From contig NC_068983.1 in assembly GCF_001194135.2 (NCBI RefSeq), positions 18,334,752 through 18,398,221 of the forward strand: a DNA stretch of 63,470 bases, read 5' to 3'. This DNA comes from Octopus bimaculoides (lineage: Eukaryota). Below are positions 14,011 to 26,735 of the stretch, piece after piece (position 1 is the stretch's first letter; each line of letters opens with the position of its first letter). The notes beneath the pieces were generated by a model. The model was not told the DNA's origin. It saw only the letters and a list, made by a program, of their open reading frames with translations, and searched no databases. The position numbers and the translations under genes are program-made.

Positions 14011-14237
14011 CTATTATAGACCAATATAATGAATATATACCACTGGTTGCGATTTTGCAACACAAAACCTGCTCCTACTTCTTTGGACATGAACTCGCCG
14101 AGAAGCATCTGACTGAGCATACAAAATGTTCAGTATGTAGTCGACACCCGTAGCTAACAGTCGCATACTGTCATTCTCTTCCGGATTGTGAAAGCTTACC
14201 ATAACATTTAATCGAAATACAGTGAAATTTTAAGACT

Positions 14238-14445
14238 TCATTTTGTAATGGGCATGCATGGGTTAAGTTCGTGTAGATATGTGGCTAGCATTGTTGAGAA
14301 TTTATATTTTAAGTTAGTAAAACAATTCAAACGAGCCCGATAGCGACGCTTAAAACCAATAATACATCCAATGTAAATCCTTACCTTATGTGTGGCAGGA
14401 GTCTTGATACACCACTGATAAAGTACATTTCTGTGCAGACAGGAT
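14238..14445 (-). pseudogene. PLE GIY-YIG endonuclease fragment
   Basis: ORF 14238-14480: CLHRNVLYQWCI..RIYIGCIIGFKRRYRARLNCFTNLKYKFSTMLATYLHEL, collinear with the GIY-YIG region at 55080-55250. Confidence 0.8.
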
Positions 14446-15129
14446 CCACTTGCTGGAGTACCACCATCTAACCACTGCAAACTTTAATTTCCGTCTGGTT
14501 GCTTAAAAATTTCTTTATTCCCCTTTTCACGTGGTTTTACACTTTTATTGTTTAATATCTTTTTTAACAATGCTCTTAATCTGTGAGTAGGACGATGTCT
14601 TCAATATATACCTATTAAGATGCTAATATATTTTTATACATCAGTATAGCTTTTCTACCCATATATGTTTATTATATTTTCATATATTTATGTATCCATC
14701 AATTTTAAATATTTTTTTAATATCTTAATCAGTGATACATTAAATATATTTTAATAATTTGCATACACTGGTTTTATGGCTGAATATATGCTATATTATT
14801 ATTCTAAATTGTTGAACCTACCTGAATTCTCCTTTTAAATATAATATATATATCTAACGTTTCAGGTTGTCTAACTGAGCTCTTCATAGAATTGTGTATA
14901 TAAAGAAAAATATAACTATATATATAATTTTATTACATAGATTCAATAGAACCTAGGCATATTAACTCGTAGAACACCAGAAATGGCTAGGGACGCTGTA
15001 TAAAGGACACTTTGAAATAAACAAGATTGAATACATCAAGCGTTGATCGGATAGAATAGATATAAAAGAACCAAATCCAATTTAGCAGGACTCAGAGGTG
15101 GTTCCTTGGTGTGGTGTAGATATACAAAA

Positions 15130-15462
15130 CAAACACAAATCGCATTTAAAACTTAAAGGAGAAAGAACAAAAAAGAGATTGATTCGTACAATGATTTGAG
15201 ATGTGAAATATGGTGGCTGTGAGAATGTAAATATGTAGAGGTGATGCCACTTGTAATCATTGCGTTGGGTAACACAAGCGGTAATTTCGAAAGATTAAAG
15301 AACATCTTTGTTGAGAGATAAATTCTCTCTTATAAAAGGAGATTGTGAAAGATATCAAGAATTTTAAGAAAGGATCAAGCTACATAAGGTCACGAAATGT
15401 GACTTGCTATCTAGCAGAATGGACAGGAATAATGCCTAAGGCGGAGAGATAAAAACAGTTAG
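15130..15462 (+). mobile_element. 3' fragment of REL-endonuclease non-LTR retrotransposon (R4/Dong-like) ending in (TAA)n
   Basis: Manual translation GERTKKEIDSYNDLRCEIWWL*ECKYVEVMPLVIIALG matches the REL C-terminal EK..KY.DL..EI..W...V.V.P.VIGALG pattern; directly followed by (TAA)n. Confidence 0.6.
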
Positions 15463-15611
<149 letters not shown>

Positions 15612-15810
15612 AAAGCCCTGATGTAGTACCAGGCAGTGACTATCATGGCTTCTGATCGTAACTGATTGGAAGTGTTATCATGTACATTGTTTTGTCTTGG
15701 TATAAAAGATAGGTTACAGCAAATATTCTGCCCAATATCACAGATTTTCTTGGTCGTTGCTTGACCGTAAGCGGTTGAGCATGTCCCTTAGTGGCTGGTG
15801 ATATGTGCAG
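15612..15810 (-). mobile_element. Interspersed-repeat 3' end (retroposon-like) whose minus strand runs into (ATT)n
   Basis: Complex sequence abutting the microsatellite (minus strand ..GCCTGGTACTACATCAGGGCTTT-ATTATT); resembles an abundant octopus repeat as I recall it. Family not assigned. Confidence 0.4.
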
Positions 15811-17096
15811 ATCAGGAAGGAATGTTACAGAAGAGTTCGAGCAGTACTTAAATATGAGTGAAATGAACGTAACAAGGTATTAACAATGAATTCCTTAGCA
15901 GATATGTTTGTTATTTACAGTTTCAATGTGTTGAACTGGAATATGAGCGAACTAAGGAAGATTCACAGGAAAATCCGTAAGCTGCTGATTTACAATAAGA
16001 TGCACCACCTAAAGGCAGACGCAGTTCATCTTTACCTCCTTAGAGCTCAAGAAGGTCGGGGCTCGATGCAGTTTGAAATCTCTTACAAAAACACCACAAT
16101 TGGACTGGCAAAATATCTTGAAACTTCTAATGGCTGGATGCACAAGCGCGTTGAAAATCACAAGAGATGTAAGAAGCTTCATTCTATTATGAAAAGGAGC
16201 AAACGATTTGCGAGTTAGTTCATGCATAATACCCAGGTTGAAGAGCATGATGAAAGTGCGGCAACTGTAGTTTCAGAGATGGTGAAATAAACAACAAAGC
16301 AAAATGCTTTTGAGCAATTAGTTGATAGATGGGAACAAAAACCTCTGTATGGCAAATACGTGGCCCGTAGCAAACAAGCTGATGTCCAGATTCACACGCA
16401 TCAGCGGCTAAAGAGCTCAGAGCTAAAGTTAGTGAAGGAAGGCATTGTCTTGGCGGCCGAAAATCAGAGCGTATTAACCTGGAACAATCAAGTCAATGTG
16501 ATGAAGAATGGTGTAGACCCAAGGTATCGATACTGCAACGATGAGATTGAAACAATGGACTACATAATCTCTGGGTGTAAGGTTTTTAGCACCTGTAAAG
16601 TATAAATCCAGACCTGACAGATTTGGCCTGTATGAACATTGGATATGTCGACATTATGAAATCAAAACTGCTGACAAATGGTATAAGCAGCATCCTGAGG
16701 ATGTAACTGAGGGAGTAAATATAATGATTCTTTGGGACTCTCGAGTATACACAAACCGAACCATCAAAGCCCCTAAATCAGATATTGTTGTAAAAGAGAG
16801 AAAACGAAACAATGAAGTTTGATTTTTGACTGACATGAGCATACCTTGTGATCATAATATCTCGGCAAGAAAATTTTATAAGCCCCCAAAATATAAAGGT
16901 TTGCTAATTGAAATCGAAATGATGTGGCACTTCAAAACGGTTACAATACCAGTAATTGGAGGAATATTTGGAATGATAAAAAAAAGGAACTGGAAATTAT
17001 TTAAGGATAATCCCTAGCTTACTATCCATGCAAGAAGTGCAAGCGATTGTCTTGCATAGTGCGTTACACGTACCTAGAAAAGCATTGTTGCTGTGA
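15811..17096 (+). mobile_element. 5'-truncated REL-type non-LTR retrotransposon (R4/Dong-like): RT thumb, CCHC zinc-knuckle remnant and REL endonuclease; pseudogenised
   Basis: ORFs 15886-16218 (MHHLKADAVHLYLLRAQEGRG), 16360-16605 (EGIVLAAENQ..DPRYRYCNDEIETMDYIISGC) and 16826-17017 (DMSIPCDHN..KYKGLLIEIEMMWHFKTVTIPVIGGIFG); stops and frameshifts in between. Confidence 0.88.
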
Positions 17097-17877
17097 ATTT
17101 TCATTCCTCTTCCCCCTTTATTTTCTTTGTTCGCTTTCATTATTTTTTTATTTTTCCTCTTTCTCTGTCTTTCTTCCCCCTTTTCTCTAAGACATGACAT
17201 TTTAAATGAACAATCTGGTGATAATAATTACAACTCTAACAAATACATCTATAGCAGTAATAGTAGCGAGGATGTCGGGTGGATAAGTGGCACTATCTGC
17301 GGCAGTGGCGATGACAGTCAGTCAACTGGCAGTAACCATCGTGATATTATCTGTCAGCAGACCACTGCAAAATGTTATATATCGTTACATAGCATCACAA
17401 GCTATCATAGTGGCTACAATAATGTTGACAATAACGATGGCGACATTTCCCAGAAAATGTCGAATTCCTCTCCGATAACGCCTGCAGCAATTTTCATATA
17501 AATCACATATGAGTTTATAATGACACAAATAATGTAAATATGCAAACTACTGGCAACAATATTAGTAACCCAGGTAACCATATTCATAATTACCATAGCA
17601 TTAACAGTTATATTGCAAATATTAACAATCTCATTGACTTATGCTTAATCCTGTATAATGCTAGTGAATCTAATAGCTGTAATGATAATTATTAGTCTCT
17701 TCATACTGCAAATGTGCAACAGATTAATATTCCTAATACTAACACCTGTAATATTAATATCCATACTTCTTCTGTTTTAATACAGTTCTATACATAAGAG
17801 ATGAGGAATTATGTTCACTATTTATATTAATTACATTATTTATATTTGACGGATATTTGTCCTCATCTTGTTTGTTG

Positions 17878-17925
17878 TTAACACAAGGTTTCAGCTGATA
17901 TATCCTCCTACCTTCATCAGGTCTC
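17878..17925 (-). ncRNA. Minimal type I hammerhead-ribozyme-like motif
   Basis: Minus strand GAGAC-CTGATGA-a-GGTAGgaggatatatCAGCT-GAAA-CCTT-GTGTTA: intact CTGATGA and GAAA, weakened stems II and III. Confidence 0.55.
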
Positions 17926-17987
17926 TTGGGGAAATTTTGAAGATGGGTTCTTATACCTCAGGTATTTTTTTGATGTTGTTGTTGTTG

Positions 17988-18054
<67 letters not shown>

Positions 18055-18106
18055 GGTCACATAAAAAATACCTTAGGGATAATAACCTAGCTTAAACATT
18101 TCCTCA

Positions 18107-18154
18107 TGACACCTGATGAGGGCTGGAGCGTATATCAGCCAAAACGTTGTGTTA
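18107..18154 (+). ncRNA. Minimal type I hammerhead-ribozyme-like motif
   Basis: TGACAC-CTGATGA-g-GGCTG..CAGCC-AAAA-CGTT-GTGTTA: 6-bp stem I (TGACAC/GTGTTA, one G-U), 5-bp stem II, palindromic ACGT stem III. The catalytic G of GAAA is A in this copy. Confidence 0.6.
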
Positions 18155-19348
18155 ACAACAAACAAGATGAGGACAAATATCCGTCAAATATAAATAACGT
18201 AAATAATGTTCTTCTATGTTGTGAATTAAACTCATATGCCCTCGTAATAATTTATGCCTCACTAAAGATATTATTTATAGATGTGATGTCCGAACTAATA
18301 TATCTAACTACGTCGGTTTAACAGGAGAAGGATTCTAGCGAGCATTATATAATCATTTCCATACTTTTAAGAGAGGTGATAAGGTTCGCTGAAAAAAATT
18401 GGGAATTGAAGGATAAAAATCTTGAATAGCAAATTATGTGGAATATAATCACGTTCACCTTATCCTATTCACACGACAGGTAGGTGTGAATAATTTGCTG
18501 TACCGAGTTATTAGAAACATTAAAATGTTTAGCTATTGTCCATCATAAATCCTGTGTACCTAGGAGAAAATGTTTCCACTACATTAGAAGAAAATATTAA
18601 TATTTTAATCCCGTAAACTAAGATGCATCGAATATTGACTACTTAATCTCTTTCCTCTAGACATCTATTTTAACCTATATTGTTTCATTTAGTTAAATAT
18701 TTACATCGCATACGAATAGTATTTGATTCTATGGGTTATGCTTCAACGTTATCTTGCCTATCTATTACTACTTACTGTTAAGTATCTTCCGCTGCTTACA
18801 TTCTATCTGCCCATCAATTAATATGTAATATCATGTGGTTATTATCCGTAGTTACGTATCTTTAACGTAACGTTTTGCAACTTTTGTGTTCAAACCAGTC
18901 GTGAGATATATGACAATCCAGTTTATGACATCTCAATCTCTTTAGTACTTTAATATTTATTTATTTATATTTAAATTTATACTCCTTAGTGGTCGGTGAA
19001 ATTCGTGACATAATTCCTTTAAATGAGAATATATCTGTTAAGGATTTGATGACTTTTCAATTACAAAGCAAGGCAACGTTACCCTTGTATTGATTCATAG
19101 ATTCTTCGGCATCTTTGTTAAACCTTAAACTAATTTAGATAAGTGAATTAAGATTGCATATTTACATAACCTCCATGTTCCTTATTTGCTGTGTTTATAC
19201 ACATCTACTAAATATCCTATATATTCGAATGTAAAATTAGATAACTCGCTGGTCCAGAGAATGTTGTCTACCTTCACATGAATATTTAAAATTGTACATT
19301 GTTGAAATTATACTTGTTGCTCTCGGATTATATATCATGATGGTAATG

Positions 19349-19687
19349 AAGGCGCATGGCTCAGTTGTTAGAGCGTCGGACTCACAATCATGAGGTAGTG
19401 AGTTCGATTCTCGGACCTGTTTGGGGTTGTGTTCTTGAGCAAGACATTTTATTTCACGTTGCTTCAATTCCGTCAGCTGTAGAAGTGAGCTGCGATGTCA
19501 CTGGTGCCGCGCCTTAACGTTCCGTTTGCCTTTCTCTTCGATAACTTTAATGGCTTGGAGAAGGAAGGCTGGTTTGCATGGACGACTGCTGGTAATCCAT
19601 AAACAACACAACTCGAACTTGTCCTTCGGAGGGAAATTTCCTAGGTACAATCCCATGGTCATTCATGACCGAAAGGGATCTTTACAC
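19349..19687 (+). mobile_element. tRNA-derived SINE with CORE-like central domain
   Basis: tRNA-like head GGCGCATGGCTCAGTTGTTAGAGCG..GAGTTCGATTCTC followed by TGTTCTTGAGCAAGACATTT..CAGCTGTAGAAGTGAG, resembling the MIR/CORE motif. Octopus CORE-SINEs are known. Confidence 0.85.
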
Positions 19688-19802
19688 TTTACAATTTGCA
19701 TTTTATGATGTAATAGTGTATGAAAACATTAACTAAATGAAATCCTGCTGAATTAATTGCCTTAAATTTTAAACACCATTTAAACGCCATTATATATACA
19801 CG

Positions 19803-19851
<49 letters not shown>

Positions 19852-19957
19852 ACACACATATATATACATAGATACGTACATATATATATACACAGATATA
19901 CATACATATATATATGCATAGACATAAACACACACACACATATATAAATAAAGATAA

Positions 19958-19992
<35 letters not shown>

Positions 19993-20598
19993 ACAAATCG
20001 AATAGGAGACATTTTAGTAATTTGAACCTAAAGGTAAAATTAATAGCAGTGACAACATTGACAGAAGGTACTGACTAGCACCAACTATTGCTAGAAATAA
20101 GGGTTAAATCAACTCAAAAGCCACAAAGCACTATGCTAATGATATATATATATATATATANNNNNNNNNNNNNNNNNNNNNNNNNNNNNNNNNNNNNNNN
20201 NNNNNNNNNNNNNNNNNNNNNNNNNNNNNNNNNNNNNNNNNNNNNNNNNNNNNNNNNNNNNNNNNNNNNNNNNNNNNNNNNNNNNNNNNNNNNNNNNNNN
20301 NNNNNNNNNNNNNNNNNNNNNNNNNNNNNNNNNNNNNNNNNNNNNNNNNNNNNNNNNNNNNNNNNNNNNNNNNNNNNNNNNNNNNNNNNNNNNNNNNNNN
20401 NNNNNNNNNNNNNNNNNNNNNNNNNNNNNNNNNNNNNNNNNNNNNNNNNNNNNNNNNNNNNNNNNNNNNNNNNNNNNNNNNNNNNNNNNNNNNNNNNNNN
20501 NNNNNNNNNNNNNNNNNNNNNNNNNNNNNNNNNNNNNNNNNNNNNNNNNNNNNNNNNNNNNNNNNNNNNNNNNNNNNNNNNNNNNNNNNNNNNNNNNN

Positions 20599-20979
20599 CT
20601 CTTTACTCTAGTAATTGTTTCAGTCATTTGACTGCGGTCATGCTGGAGCACCGCCTTTAGACGAGCAAATCGACCCCAGGACTTATTCTTTGTAAGCCTA
20701 GTACTTATTCTATCGGTCACTTTTGCCGAACCGCCAAGTTACAGGGACGTAAACAAACCAGCATCGGTTGTCAAATGATGTTGGGTGGACAAACACAGAC
20801 ACACAAACACACACACATATATATATGTACATATACGTATATACGACGGGCTTCTTTCAGTTTCCGTCTACCAAATCCACTCAGAAGGCTTTGGTCGGTC
20901 CGAGGCTATAGTAGAAGACTCTTGCCCAGGGTGCTATAGTAGAAGACACTTGCCCAGGACTGAACCAGGAACCATGTGA
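20599..20979 (-). mobile_element. tRNA-derived SINE, family C (AGGCGCAGGAGTGG head), 5'-truncated, with internal tandem duplication
   Basis: Reverse complement of 21345-21762; CTATAGTAGAAGAC(T/A)CTTGCCCAGG occurs twice (about 20907-20958). Confidence 0.92.
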
Positions 20980-21344
20980 TTTTCTCTCTGTATATCTCTC
21001 ACTTCCTCTTTCTGCTTTTCTCTCTCTCTCGTTGCTCACATCGTCCATTTTTACTCTCCTCACGTGATCATCTTTCTTTTCCTTCAGTCTGTCGTACAAA
21101 CCAGACGCATTCTTATCCTTCTCCTCTTCTATCTTTTCTCTTATCAAAGACAGTATTCCTCCAGTGGTCGCCACCTTAACTCGTCTGGCCTAATGGACCA
21201 CCATGTTTGTTTTCGTTTGGTTTGTTGTATGTCTCCACTGTCCTGTTTTTGTTACCAGCTTTGAACCTCCGCAAATCCCAAATTTTATTTTGGTTCGCGA
21301 GAGCAACAGCGTTTCGAAGTCTCATATTCTCGTTAAATATATAC

Positions 21345-21762
21345 AGGCGCATGAGTGGCTGCGTGGTAAGTAACTTGCTTAAAAACCACATGGTTCCGGG
21401 TTCCGTTCAAGTGCGTAGCACTTTGGGCAAGTGTCTTGTACTATAGCCTCGGGCCGACCAAAGCCTTCTGTGTGGATTTGGTAGACGGAAACTGAAAGAA
21501 GACCGTCGTATATATGTATATGTGTGTATATATGTGTGTGTGTTTGTGTGTCTGTGTTTGTCCCCCCCAACATCGCTTGACAACCGATGCTGGTGTGTTT
21601 ACGTCCCCGTAACTTAGCAGTTCGGCAAAAGAGTCCGATAGAATAAGTACTAGGCTTACAAAGAATAACTCCTGGGGTCGACTTGCTCGACTAAAAGCGG
21701 TACTCCAGCATGGCCGCAGTCAAATGACTGAAAAAAGTAAAAATTAAAGATAAAAGATAAAA
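21345..21762 (+). mobile_element. tRNA-derived SINE, family C, full length
   Basis: Head AGGCGCATGAGTGGCTGCGTGGTAAG..GGTTCCG, internal (TA)/(TG) tract, 3' end CCAGCATGGCCGCAGTCAAATGACTGAAA with A-rich tail. Confidence 0.92.
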
Positions 21763-21789
21763 TGATCGAAATGAGGAGTAGATGGACCA

Positions 21790-21948
21790 CCGATAATTGA
21801 TGAAGGGTCGTTCTTTATGTTACTTGTTTTGTTTTCCATTTGTTTCTCTCGTTGCTCGCATATCCATGTTTGTCTTTGCATTTCATGCTGTTTTCCTATT
21901 TCGTATTTCATGTTGTTTACACTTTGTGACGTCCTGTACCCATATATG

Positions 21949-21952
<4 letters not shown>
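21790..21952 (+). mobile_element. PLE terminal-repeat-like sequence running into (TA)n
   Basis: GATAATTGATGAAGG...GTCCTGTACCCATATATGCA, homologous to 6537-6660 on the minus strand. Confidence 0.45.
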
Positions 21953-21994
<42 letters not shown>

Positions 21995-22017
21995 CATGTA
22001 GATGTATGTATGTGCAG

Positions 22018-22053
<36 letters not shown>

Positions 22054-22096
22054 CAAGTAAGCCGGCACAAAAATATCTCCTGAGACTTCTTTATCA

Positions 22097-22146
22097 ATGT
22101 ACCTGAGGAGACACACACACTGATGGGTCGAAACATATACTGTACC
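22097..22146 (+). ncRNA. Hammerhead-ribozyme-like core
   Basis: GTAC-CTGAGGA-GAC..GTC-GAAA-CATATACT-GTAC: both conserved boxes with a 3-bp stem II. The stem III/cleavage triplet is non-canonical. Confidence 0.4.
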
Positions 22147-22341
22147 AAATAAAATCTAATACGAAATCCATCTCCTACTATCAATAAATACTATTACCCT
22201 AACTGCCGCTGCGAAGTTCCTGAACAAAACCCAACGGAACTGTACCCCAACTACTGATGACAACAGGTAACCTAAACTGTGCCGGTGTTCCACTCAATGT
22301 TTAATCATTCTAATCTAATTATACGTATTTGTCTAAATTTC

Positions 22342-22380
<39 letters not shown>

Positions 22381-22753
22381 GTAAATATATAAGTGTGTGT
22401 GGGAGAGTGAGTGAGCTGTATAGGGTGTGTGTGTTTGGGTTGGTGTCTGCAATATAATATAATACATTCTGAACGACGTCGGTACCATAATTTACCTAAA
22501 AACGGGGAATGACCTTGTGGAAATAGTTATGTATAATTCATCGTTGATTTAAGTAGATAAATGATATCTATCCCTGGAATAATATAGCTGAGTTTAGATT
22601 ATTAATATATAGCTGCAAATTATTTCGTCGGAAGACACAGACACAAAGTCACACAGACATACACGCATACATACACGCATACATACAACACACACACCTA
22701 CACATACACACACAGACATATGTATATAGATAGATAGAGAAGTATGTAAGTAG

Positions 22754-22844
<91 letters not shown>

Positions 22845-25800
22845 CAAAGTGAAAGAGAGAGAGAGAGAGAGAGGGGGAGGGAGGAACAGTGAGGGAGAAA
22901 AGAGAGTGATTATGAAAACTAAACAAAGCCAAGTTAATTAATTCTGGAAAAATAAATTTAGCGATCTAGTTTAAATAAGGAAGCTGAAAGAGAGAGAAAG
23001 TAAAACGCAGAGAAAGAGAAACCGTGAGAGATAAAGAAAGCAGGAAATGGAAAGCGAGCGGATGTTAGGGAATTATGAATATAAAGATTAGTTCAAGCAA
23101 TATTATGAAATAATTTGTAATTGGTGTAACCTTTGTGGGATTTATGTCGTATCTTCTATCATAAATTACCGTACAACTCACGCGACGCAAACAAGAAACA
23201 GGTGGGATTTTCATTTTGCATATAATAATTACTATAACTACCACTTATATTAATCACATTCATGAAGCGGTAGCATTTCCATAAAATTCATATATATGAT
23301 AATATTACGTTGTCTAAGTTTAGAGTGTAGATGGTATGTAGCTGCCATTCTTTCTTGTACAGATCGCTTCAGTTTTCGACTGAGAAGATCGCACGACACT
23401 ACAGAATTAATTAAATGCGTATGGGAGACTATTTCTTTGACTATTCTCTCTAGACTTATTAAGTTTAATTCTGATGTGATTTTGTATTCATAATACGAGG
23501 TGGTTCATTCCAACTAGAAATACGGAAACTATAGTTTTCTGCAATGTCGATAACGATGAGTTTCGAAATAACTCCTTTTTCCTTATTTTGTCCTCACTTT
23601 GTGTAACTTTCGATACAATGCTGTTTCATTTTCTCTCTTCGGATTCTATTGCGTAAGCAAACAATGCATTACGGTTTTATGCAAGTCTTGCATAAAGGAT
23701 GTAAATACCATTGTGTTTCTGTTTGGCTTTGGAAAGACAATGGAATTTAAATTACGGAATGCAACTCATGCGCACAGTTGGTCAAGTTAAGCATGCGGGC
23801 AATAATTTGCTGCTATTGGAAAGTAAGCTGTTATTGAGCACTGATAATTTGCTTCGTCATTCGCCCGATACAACGCTCTTTTCTGCAGAAACTATCAACA
23901 ATCAAGCATATTTCGGCCTATGTTTCCTTAATATCCGATTTATATAACAGCAGTCTTTCAATGAATTCATCGTTTACAGCCTCAAGTTTGCAAGTGAGCA
24001 ACAGAGGACTGCGAAATACAATTAAAGAAATATTCTATATTCCGTACTTTGAATCTAATTTCTGAACCTATAAACTGGAAAGGGAAAATTAAGTATACAT
24101 TTCAAAACAGTGAACCAACCTCTCTCTGTCTGTCTCTCTGAATCTCTCTCTGTATACATACATGCATACATATATACATCCCACTTTATATTTATATTGT
24201 ATGTCTAAATAACCTGAACGTTATAGAGAATTGTCATTTCAAGGGAGTGGACAGTCTTTCACGTAAATGCTCTTATATGATCATCTTCGCTATTGGCCAT
24301 TTTTGAAAAGCGAGAGCACAGTGCTTAAAATGGGTTTTAGGTAATTGAACCTGGGAATGAACTCGCGCTGCGAACTCGGAGTAAACAAAATTAAGCTTTA
24401 GTTATAGACAGCGAACTGTGCAATATCAGGCTGCCACTTAACTAAGTGAAAACAAAATATCTAGTGCTTGCTAGCAGTTGCTGAATAAACTGAAGAGGAA
24501 ACTATAAAATACACATTATTTTTAGTTAGCAGCCATAAAATCTATACCAAGTATTCTCATTCTGTGCCTTTTTTCTTTTATAAACAAACATTCCTACAGA
24601 ATTTCTTTGGATCTCAAATCCTGTAGCGTATACTTTTTATTGACATCAAATTAATTTTATATACGTTTTTGTACAATAAAACAAATGTAATTTGTATGGG
24701 CGAAATTTTATCTTGACAATGTTTCAAATAAATATATTTCAGTTTCCCAGGATACATTTAAAAAAATAGCTACATATGTATTCCGTTTTTGTTTTCTTTA
24801 GTATTATCATTTTTTCAACATCAACAAAAAACATACATTAAAATTTCTATTCGTCTAGCGTTTACTATTATACATTTCATCCGGATTTCAACATCAATAA
24901 ACAACAAATGTTTTTTATGAAAATATTTTAGATAATTTGATTGAATTGTGATAGGAATAATGAGGTGCAAATAAAATATACATACATACGTATATATATT
25001 ATATATATATATATGTATGTGTGTGTATGTATAAGCATGTATATGTATGTATGTATCCATTTATCCATGTATGTATCCATATATGTACGTATACACTACA
25101 AGTATAAGCCTGTAGAATAGTAAATGTAATCAGAACTGTAAAACCCAGGAACTAACACACGTCACCTATATAACCTTATATAGGAAAGAAAGGAATGAGG
25201 TGCACAGCTTGGGATTGTATTTAAAGCAAGTACAATTGGGCATGAAAGCGTGCTGAATAATAAGACGCTCTAATAATAAAAGTTGCTAAATATTATGAAA
25301 ACAAAACGTTGCAAACAATGTACGAAGAGACACGGATAAACCTTACATGTAAGTACTTTATAGACAGTCATCAAAATCCACACATTCATCTCTATGCAGC
25401 ATACAATTTCCTAAAGACAAATTGAAAATAGTCTATTATTAAAAGAACATCATAGGTACTACGTCAACACTGCAGGCAATTCTCTTGTCGGTTAAATAAA
25501 CCCGATCCCTTTAGATAATCGAGCCAAGCGTTTCTCCACTTGTTGCGGATCAAACATATTTCTCTCAATTGGAAATCCGAAGTCTGCATAATGTCAATAC
25601 ATCCATTAAAAATGCTTCATATATGACTGATTTAGTGAGGCTGTCTATCGCATGTTAGCTGAAGCACAACATCTGTTTATGTTATATAGAAGACCTGACA
25701 TGGACTGTCTACGTCATATGTCCAGTTTAAGTATATCCCATAATCTTTTAGACAAAGATATTCATTGGTTTCTTTAGATTTCGGCATTTAGGTTTCTTTT

Positions 25801-26068
25801 TACTCTTAACCGCCGGTAATAAGGCATAATGAATACAAGTATGATAAAAGAAAGATACATAACCGACATCATGCATTTTGTAGGAGGCGTGGTTCTATCT
25901 TAATGTTTGTAACACTATATGATAAATAATGACCAATATATGATAATATAAAGAAACTCAAACAAAGATTTTCTTTAAAAATTCAGTTTGATTAGATTTA
26001 AAGCAACGTAAGTACATTTCAGGTGAATAAAAGTTCCGAAAGAAGTGTTAGAAATCATGTGAAATTAA

Positions 26069-26130
<62 letters not shown>

Positions 26131-26171
26131 TCTGACGTAAGAAGGTGAAAAATCCTAAACAGATTACTAAG

Positions 26172-26410
26172 GACTTCAAGTTTACATTCCAGCATGATGA
26201 AGATCCTTGTCATACAAGTGCAGTGGCTCAAAAATCTTTCAGGGATGCGTTTAGGAACGAACAGCTTTTGGGATAAGGACACTTGGCCTCCTTCGTCGCC
26301 TGATTTGAATGCTTTGGACTTAGCACCTGTAATGAACTAGTAAGAAAAGCTTGTGCGAAGCTCCACAGTAATTTACAACTACATCCGTTAGGAAGTGGGA
26401 TCAGGAAGTC
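26172..26410 (+). mobile_element. Tc1/mariner-superfamily transposase catalytic fragment (maT/DD37D-like)
   Basis: Manual translation with frameshifts: FTFQHDEDPCHTS...WDKDTWPPSSPDLNALD..KACAKLHSN. Confidence 0.75.
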
Positions 26411-26688
26411 ATTGCCAAAACAGGAGCAACACTTGACGACTGAAAGGTAGGATTTCAGTCAAAGCTGTCTCTGGCTCTTTGAAATAAAACTTTAATCTTC
26501 TATTCAAACTTTATTTCAATACTTTACGTGCTCCCAATCATGAAGTATGGTTATTTATTTATGAAAATGTCATATACGTCCATGATCCCGATTCATCACG
26601 ATTCATCTGGTGGGCTTGGAAAAATTTGCACAATTTTGCTGTTACACTCAGTATATATATATAAGCTCTTGAAAAAACAAAGAAGGCC

Positions 26689-26735
<47 letters not shown>

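Larger units (their letters stand above)
13133..14837. mobile_element. Two convergent Penelope-like fragments bounded by ~350-380 bp inverted arms (13133-13485 and 14454-14837)
   Basis: Arms align as reverse complements from AAAGGAGAATTCAGGTAG to TAGATGGTGGTACTCCA. The arm start resembles the start of the repeat at 53427 (AAAGGGGAGAATTCAC) that precedes a clear PLE ORF. Confidence 0.75.
17829..18205. repeat. Inverted pair of ~145-bp PLE terminal-repeat-like units flanking (GTT)n(ATT)n
   Basis: 17829-17975 is the reverse complement of about 18058-18205 (e.g. TTGACGGATATTTGTCCTCATCTTGTTTGTTGTTAACACA versus TGTGTTAACAACAAACAAGATGAGGACAAATATCCGTCAA). Confidence 0.9.

Noticed and set aside
19349-19430. 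tRNA gene (also other SINE heads)
   Set aside because: A/B-box-like heads continue into SINE bodies present in multiple diverged copies; no clean cloverleaf or terminator.
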